Assembly (NCBI GenBank): GCA_050950505.1
Contig: JBMNHS010000001.1
Span: forward strand, 576,001-640,000
DNA: 64,000 nucleotides
Reading direction: 5' to 3'
DNA from: Candidatus Methanomethylophilaceae archaeon
Lineage (GTDB): Archaea; Thermoplasmatota; Thermoplasmata; Methanomassiliicoccales; Methanomethylophilaceae
The notes under the pieces were generated by a model, which saw nothing but the letters and a program-made list of their open reading frames with translations, had not been told where the DNA came from and ran no database searches. This document shows, piece after piece, positions 58,932-64,000 of the stretch (position 1 is the stretch's first letter; every line of letters starts with the position of its first letter). Position numbers and translations under genes: made by a program.

Positions 58932-59836
58932 ACGGCAGAATAAGTTTTGAAAAACCCGACATAGAGAGACTGAGGTCGGAAGGCCTCACCTGTGTGGATA
59001 TGCACTTTCATACTTGTTATTCGGACAGTTACACCAGGCCGGAGGACGCCGTCAAACTTGCCGAAACGCTGAATATGGGGGTTGCGATAACCGATCACAA
59101 CCAAGTGGGCGGCGTCATCGACGCAATGGAATCCGGCACCGATGTGCCGATAGTGCCGGGAATCGAACTCAGCGCTTCCGACGGACCTCATATCCTGGCC
59201 TATTTCTATGATTGGAAGGATCTGAAATCATTCTGGGACCTGAACATAAAAGACAACATCCGATGGTGCCAATGGATAGCTCTCAAAAATATGCCCACCC
59301 CAAAAATGCTGGATCTTCTTGAAAAGGAGAACTGTGTGATATCCGCCGCCCATCCCATGGGGTATTTGGGGTCAAACAAAGGTCTGGAAGTGTGTATCCG
59401 CAAAAACTACATACATAAGAGCGAAGCGAAAAGATTTGACGCTTTTGAAGTTATCAGCGGAGGTCTGTTCAGGGACGGAAACGTCAGAGCTTCAGAAATC
59501 GCCGAAAAATACAATTTCGGGATAACCGGTGGAACCGACGGACATCTGCTCACGGAACTGGGGGATGTCGTCACGGTGTCCGAAGCGGACGATATCGACG
59601 CCTTCCTTGACAACATAGTAAAAAGGCGCAACAGGGTCATCGGCAAGGAGAAGAATCTTCTTACCAAGGCCTTCATGGGTCTGGCATCCCTGACCGAATT
59701 CTGCAGGCATACCCCTTCCGTGGGATTTGTGCAGTTGGACCAAACCATAATGAATGCCAGACGGAAAATCAATCCGCCTGTGAAAAACTCTTCAGAGCTG
59801 GCTGGCGGTGAGTCTGCAGAAAGAGACCTTGAATGA
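58928..59836 (+). CDS. PHP domain phosphoesterase
   Basis: DMHFHT..SD, AITDHN, PGIE, H, AHP, GGTDGH. Confidence 0.85.
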   Translation: MNGRISFEKPDIERLRSEGLTCVDMHFHTCYSDSYTRPEDAVKLAETLNMGVAITDHNQVGGVIDAMESGTDVPIVPGIELSASDGPHILAYFYDWKDLKSFWDLNIKDNIRWCQWIALKNMPTPKMLDLLEKENCVISAAHPMGYLGSNKGLEVCIRKNYIHKSEAKRFDAFEVISGGLFRDGNVRASEIAEKYNFGITGGTDGHLLTELGDVVTVSEADDIDAFLDNIVKRRNRVIGKEKNLLTKAFMGLASLTEFCRHTPSVGFVQLDQTIMNARRKINPPVKNSSELAGGESAERDLE

Positions 59837-61267
59837 GTCCCTGAAACCCATATTTTCGTATTTCTCCATGCTGTATTCCTCGCAGTCTTCCAAATCTTTC
59901 AGGAACACTTCCATCAGTTCGTTTCCGACTTCGTGGGAATAAATCATGGCATTGGTTTCAAAATTCAGTTTCATGCTTCTTTCGTCCAGATTCGCAGAAC
60001 CGACGGAGCAATAGTAGGAATCGGCGACTATCGTTTTTGCATGCACGAAACCGTTTTTGTAATGATATATTCTGATGCCAGAATCCATAAGTCTGCTGGC
60101 ATAATACAGGTTGGCCCAATATACGAAGGGATGATCCGGCTTGTCGGGAATCATGATTCGGACGTCAACACCGGACACCGAAGCCAATTTCAGAACTGCC
60201 AGGGAAGCTTCGTCCGGAACAAGATACGGAGTCTGTATGTACAGCGTCTCCCTGCACCGGGTGAACAGCATCATGTACTGAGCGTGAACGGGGCTCTGTT
60301 CCAATACGTCGGGCCCCCCGGATATGATCTGAACCACTTTGTCGCCGTAACCCCTGATTCCTTTGTAGAACTTTTCCTCGGCGGTCAGATCCTCCCTTGT
60401 CGCGTACCTCCAATCCGTCAGGAATCTGACCTGAAGACCTTCCACGGCGCTTCCTATGATTCTTACGCTGGCATCTCTCCAGTGGCCCAGAGGACCAAGT
60501 CCCTGGTATTCGTTTCCTATGTTGTGGCCGCCGGTCCATCCGATTTTGCCGTCGACCGTCATTATTTTACGGTGATTTCTGTTGTTTTTACGGGGAGAAA
60601 GCAGACAAGTGGCACGGCTGTGGAACAGAGTGAAGTAACCTCCCGCTTCAACAAATCTGTTGACCGCTTTTTTTGGTCCTTTCCCAAAACCCAAGGCATC
60701 GCACATGAATCGGACTTCCACCCCCTCTTTCACTTTCTGGGTCATCAGATCTACAAGGGATTCCCCGATTTCATCATCCCGTATGATGTAAAATTCAAAG
60801 TTGATTGTTTCTTTCGCGTTCCGGATGTCTTCGAACAGAGCCTCGAAATATTCCCGCCCGTCTGTGAAAACTTTGATGTCGTTGTCATCGGTGTAACTGT
60901 GGCACATATTCCGCATGGTATGGGCGAATTCACTGCTCCCGGGTTTTTCTCTTTCAAGTTCCGCAGTGCTTTTTCTGAGGGTCATTTCCTGTTCTTTCAG
61001 AATATTTCTCAGTCTCATGTCGTCCTGGGCTTTGGTTCTGAAAGCATACTTGGAATAGAATGTCTGGCCGAAGAACAGATACAGAATGAAACCTGCGGGA
61101 GGGAACACCAGCATCACCAACAGCCAAAGCAATGTGCTCTGGGGGTTCGAGCGTTCCCAGAAAATCATCGCGAACACCAAAAGGAGATTTATGGGAACGA
61201 GGAACAACATGATGTCCCCTGTGAACGTTCCCGTGATGAAATCCCCAGGAACGCTCAGTGAGACCAT
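59792..61267 (-). CDS. cls: Cardiolipin synthase (ClsA type)
   Basis: N-terminal TM pair, two HKD motifs (NHRKIMTVDG, HAKTIVAD), GSANLD.RS..LNFE. Confidence 0.92.
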   Translation of the reverse strand: MVSLSVPGDFITGTFTGDIMLFLVPINLLLVFAMIFWERSNPQSTLLWLLVMLVFPPAGFILYLFFGQTFYSKYAFRTKAQDDMRLRNILKEQEMTLRKSTAELEREKPGSSEFAHTMRNMCHSYTDDNDIKVFTDGREYFEALFEDIRNAKETINFEFYIIRDDEIGESLVDLMTQKVKEGVEVRFMCDALGFGKGPKKAVNRFVEAGGYFTLFHSRATCLLSPRKNNRNHRKIMTVDGKIGWTGGHNIGNEYQGLGPLGHWRDASVRIIGSAVEGLQVRFLTDWRYATREDLTAEEKFYKGIRGYGDKVVQIISGGPDVLEQSPVHAQYMMLFTRCRETLYIQTPYLVPDEASLAVLKLASVSGVDVRIMIPDKPDHPFVYWANLYYASRLMDSGIRIYHYKNGFVHAKTIVADSYYCSVGSANLDERSMKLNFETNAMIYSHEVGNELMEVFLKDLEDCEEYSMEKYENMGFRDSFKVSFCRLTASQL

Positions 61268-61854
61268 TATTCACCCCTTATGATTTTCGCGGGATTTCCC
61301 GCGACGGCGACACCGGGAGGCACGTTTTTCGTAACCACGGAGCCTGCTCCGACGACGGAACCCCTTCCCACGGTGACTCCGGGCAGAATGATCGCTCCCG
61401 CCCCGATCCACGCGTCGTCTTCAATAATCACAGGTTCGGATACGGTGCCCAATCTCCTTCTTCCTTCGGGATCTTTCGAATGGTTGGGCGTCACTATCGT
61501 AACGTTGGGTCCGATCATGACATAATCTCCGATGGAAACCGTGTTGGAATCCAGAAAGAAACAGTTGCAGTTGATCATGACGTTTTTTCCCAAATGTACG
61601 TTGAATCCGAGATCGCACCGGAACGGGGGGTTGACAACGGTCATCTCATCAACTTCGCTAAGCAGGATTTTTTCAAGAATATTTCTCAGTTCCTCATCGG
61701 TTCTGACTTTCGGTTCGTTGTATTCCATGCACAGTTTCTTCGCACGTTCCAAAGCCTTGACGAATTCCTCGTGTCCCGGCTCATCGTTATACACTTCTTC
61801 GCAGGCATACACTCTTTCAAAGAAAGTATTCAGTCCGAGGTCTTCGCGTTTCAT
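61267..61854 (-). CDS. Sugar O-acetyltransferase (Maa/LacA hexapeptide family)
   Basis: PPF.CD.G.N, IGPNV, WIGAGA.ILPGV.VG, VAGNPA. Confidence 0.88.
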   Translation of the reverse strand: MKREDLGLNTFFERVYACEEVYNDEPGHEEFVKALERAKKLCMEYNEPKVRTDEELRNILEKILLSEVDEMTVVNPPFRCDLGFNVHLGKNVMINCNCFFLDSNTVSIGDYVMIGPNVTIVTPNHSKDPEGRRRLGTVSEPVIIEDDAWIGAGAIILPGVTVGRGSVVGAGSVVTKNVPPGVAVAGNPAKIIRGE

Positions 61855-61964
61855 GTTATCAGCGCTCTTTGATTTACCGTTCTGTTATAATACGGTTCCA
61901 ATGTATTTATCGATGATAATGATTTAAAAGAATCCGATGATACCGATGAAGGACGGCGGTATTC

Positions 61965-62897
61965 ATCAGCGAACCAATCGAAATACATAATCTCGTTAAA
62001 AAATACGGTTCATTTCATGCGGTGAACAATCTCACTCTGAAAATAAAAAGAGGCAGTTTCACCGGACTCCTGGGCCCCAACGGAGCAGGCAAAAGCACGA
62101 CGCTGAAGATGCTCACCCATCTGATAAAGGCCACATCCGGGGAGGCTTACATAAACGGAGTTGACGTGACCAAAGATCCGAAAGCCGCATTGACGGGAGT
62201 GGGAACCGTCGTGGAAACTCCGGAATTCTACACGTATCTGACTCCTGTGGAAACTTTCAAACTGATCGGGCAGGTCATAGGAATGAATCCCGAATCCATC
62301 TCCGCCGAAACCTCATCGATTCTGGAAACCGTCAAAATGGCGGAATGGCAGGACAAGAAAATAGGAACCTTTTCAAAAGGCATGAGACAAAGAATAGCGC
62401 TGGGTCAGGCATTTCTTGGAGATCCCAACGTAATAATTCTGGACGAACCCACTTCCGGTCTGGATCCGAGGGGAATGGCCGAAATACGGCAGGTTCTCAA
62501 GAACATACGGTCAGGCAGGGACGTCACCGTCGTCATGAGTTCCCACATGTTGCATGAAGTCAGCGACCTCTGCGACAGAGTCGCAATCCTGGATCACGGC
62601 AAACTCGTGTTTGAGGACAGCACCGATGCGGTGTCTTCCGTCACCGGGGCGAGACAGCTCATAATCAAAACAAACAGACAGATCACCGATGCCGAGATCT
62701 CCAGAATATCCGGCTTGTCGGGTGTGTTGAACGCCGTCGGGAACGGAGCGGAAATCAATCTGACCGTGGAATCCGGTTCATTCAGAAATCCGGAATTCTT
62801 CAGAAAGGTCGGGGAATTGGACATCGGGGCATACGGGATGCGGGAAGGCGCTTCGCTGGAATCCACCTATCTCAGTCTTGTGAAGGAGTCGAGATGA
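61965..62897 (+). CDS. ABC-2 type exporter ATP-binding protein (start uncertain, apparent ATC)
   Basis: IEIHNLVKKYG..HAV, GPNGAGKST, FSKGMRQR, LDEPTSGLDP, SSH. Confidence 0.88.
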   Translation: MSEPIEIHNLVKKYGSFHAVNNLTLKIKRGSFTGLLGPNGAGKSTTLKMLTHLIKATSGEAYINGVDVTKDPKAALTGVGTVVETPEFYTYLTPVETFKLIGQVIGMNPESISAETSSILETVKMAEWQDKKIGTFSKGMRQRIALGQAFLGDPNVIILDEPTSGLDPRGMAEIRQVLKNIRSGRDVTVVMSSHMLHEVSDLCDRVAILDHGKLVFEDSTDAVSSVTGARQLIIKTNRQITDAEISRISGLSGVLNAVGNGAEINLTVESGSFRNPEFFRKVGELDIGAYGMREGASLESTYLSLVKESR

Positions 62898-63697
62898 TGT
62901 ACGTAACGGTCGATGATTTCAGACAGGTCGGCGTAATCGCCAAAAACGAATTCCGCAAATTCGTGAGGGGAAGAAAGATTCTGCTTTACATTCTCCTTGT
63001 CGGTTTGATTGTCGCGCTCAACGTCTACTTCCTGAACGGATCTGTTATTTTGGAATATTTCGAATCCATGGACAAAAGCGATTTGGTGCTGTATCTGCAC
63101 ACTTCCAGCGTATCGTTCCTGGTATTGATCGGAGCCGTTCTCTTCGCTTCATACACCATAGTGTCCGAATTCGAAGAAAGAACATACCTTCTTCTGTTCA
63201 CGAGGCCGGTGAAGAAAACGTCGATTTTCGTGGGTAAATTCCTGGCATGTTATGCAATCGTGACAATCATGGTTTTGATATACTACGGAATATCCGCGTT
63301 GCATTCCTTCGCGGTCGCAGGGGCCGTTTCTTCTGCGATGGGATACACGCTGTTTCTGACGCTGATTGATATATTCGCATTGTCCGGCATGGCGATGCTG
63401 TTCAGTACCTTGGTAAAAAGAGGAAGCGTATCCGCACTGATGACTTTCTTTGTGATTCTGATGGTGCCGAGCATAATCCTGGCTCTTATGATATTCAAAG
63501 ATCCTCTGTTGATATCGGAAGGTACTGCGTACCAGTTGGAAAATTACTGGTATCTGATTAACGTTGCCGAATCCGCCATTCCGGAAGTGGTGATGAACAT
63601 CAACCTCAGTCTTGCGATGCCCATACTTTCGATGTTCCTTTGGGGCGCCATTCCGTTGACGGCAGCCTGGGCGGTTTTCCTCAATAAGGAAGTGTGA
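62894..63697 (+). CDS. ABC-2 type permease
   Basis: About 6 TM segments, E.E.RT..LL.TRP.....F.GKF. Confidence 0.85.
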   Translation: MMYVTVDDFRQVGVIAKNEFRKFVRGRKILLYILLVGLIVALNVYFLNGSVILEYFESMDKSDLVLYLHTSSVSFLVLIGAVLFASYTIVSEFEERTYLLLFTRPVKKTSIFVGKFLACYAIVTIMVLIYYGISALHSFAVAGAVSSAMGYTLFLTLIDIFALSGMAMLFSTLVKRGSVSALMTFFVILMVPSIILALMIFKDPLLISEGTAYQLENYWYLINVAESAIPEVVMNINLSLAMPILSMFLWGAIPLTAAWAVFLNKEV

Positions 63698-63789
63698 CAG
63701 TCTAGATCGGAATCCGCACCGCGAACTTCCATGGAAAAAATCGTAAGGTTATTCAATGAAAAACAATATTGACTGTTTGCGGCCGATTG

Positions 63790-64000
63790 ATGCGGCCGGT
63801 ATTGGAGAACGAAGAGTTGTCTAAGATTCTTATAGCGACCGACGGCAGCAAGGTCAGTGAAGAGATGGTGGATTACGCCCTCGATCTGGCATCCGCCTTG
63901 GAATTCGAAGTTTTTATAGTGTACGTCACCGACGAACCCCTCAGGGAGGACGGCAACGGACAGGATATCGGCAATGACGCAATCCGGTACGCCGTCGAAG
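63790..64000 (+). CDS. Universal stress protein (3'-truncated; not in ORF track)
   Basis: KILIATDGS..SE....YA..LA......IVYV reading from ATG 63790; true start may be TTG 63802 or 63817. Confidence 0.8.
   Translation, partial: MRPVLENEELSKILIATDGSKVSEEMVDYALDLASALEFEVFIVYVTDEPLREDGNGQDIGNDAIRYAVE

Noticed and set aside
1-64000. tRNA-Pyl/pyl genes, tRNA introns, transposases, phage or defence genes
   Set aside because: None recognised in this window; the four tRNAs are intronless

Overview
Core-genome window of a methylotrophic methanogenic archaeon, most consistent with Methanomassiliicoccales. The evidence is a 'headless' fpoABCDHIJJKLMN operon, methanogenesis marker 11, archaeal ether-lipid genes, the aroA'/aroB' DKFP route, radA, nop5, aIF5A and smc-scpA-scpB. 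It holds about 69 CDS and 4 tRNAs; I saw no transposases, phage genes or CRISPR array. Main observations: (1) none of the 68 stop codons I read is TAG, while DGGGP synthase carries an in-frame TAG at codon 85, consistent with amber read as pyrrolysine in a housekeeping gene. (2) The 465-bp gap between two convergent tRNA-Val genes holds three copies of a 21-bp palindromic motif; two copies lie in parallel TATA / motif / 10-bp stem / ~30-nt anti-SD-like loop units, suggesting an undescribed pair of co-regulated sRNAs. (3) There is an orphan acetyl-CoA synthase module (AcsB + CooC/AcsF + RACo) with no CODH or CFeSP nearby. (4) A long-chain-type prenyl synthase and a reductase sit directly behind the fpo operon. 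(5) Several genes are degenerate or non-canonical: an ALDH lacking the usual catalytic Cys, a Cys-less V4R regulator and an ABC ATPase apparently starting at ATC. All calls come from motif recognition by eye; no database searches were run.
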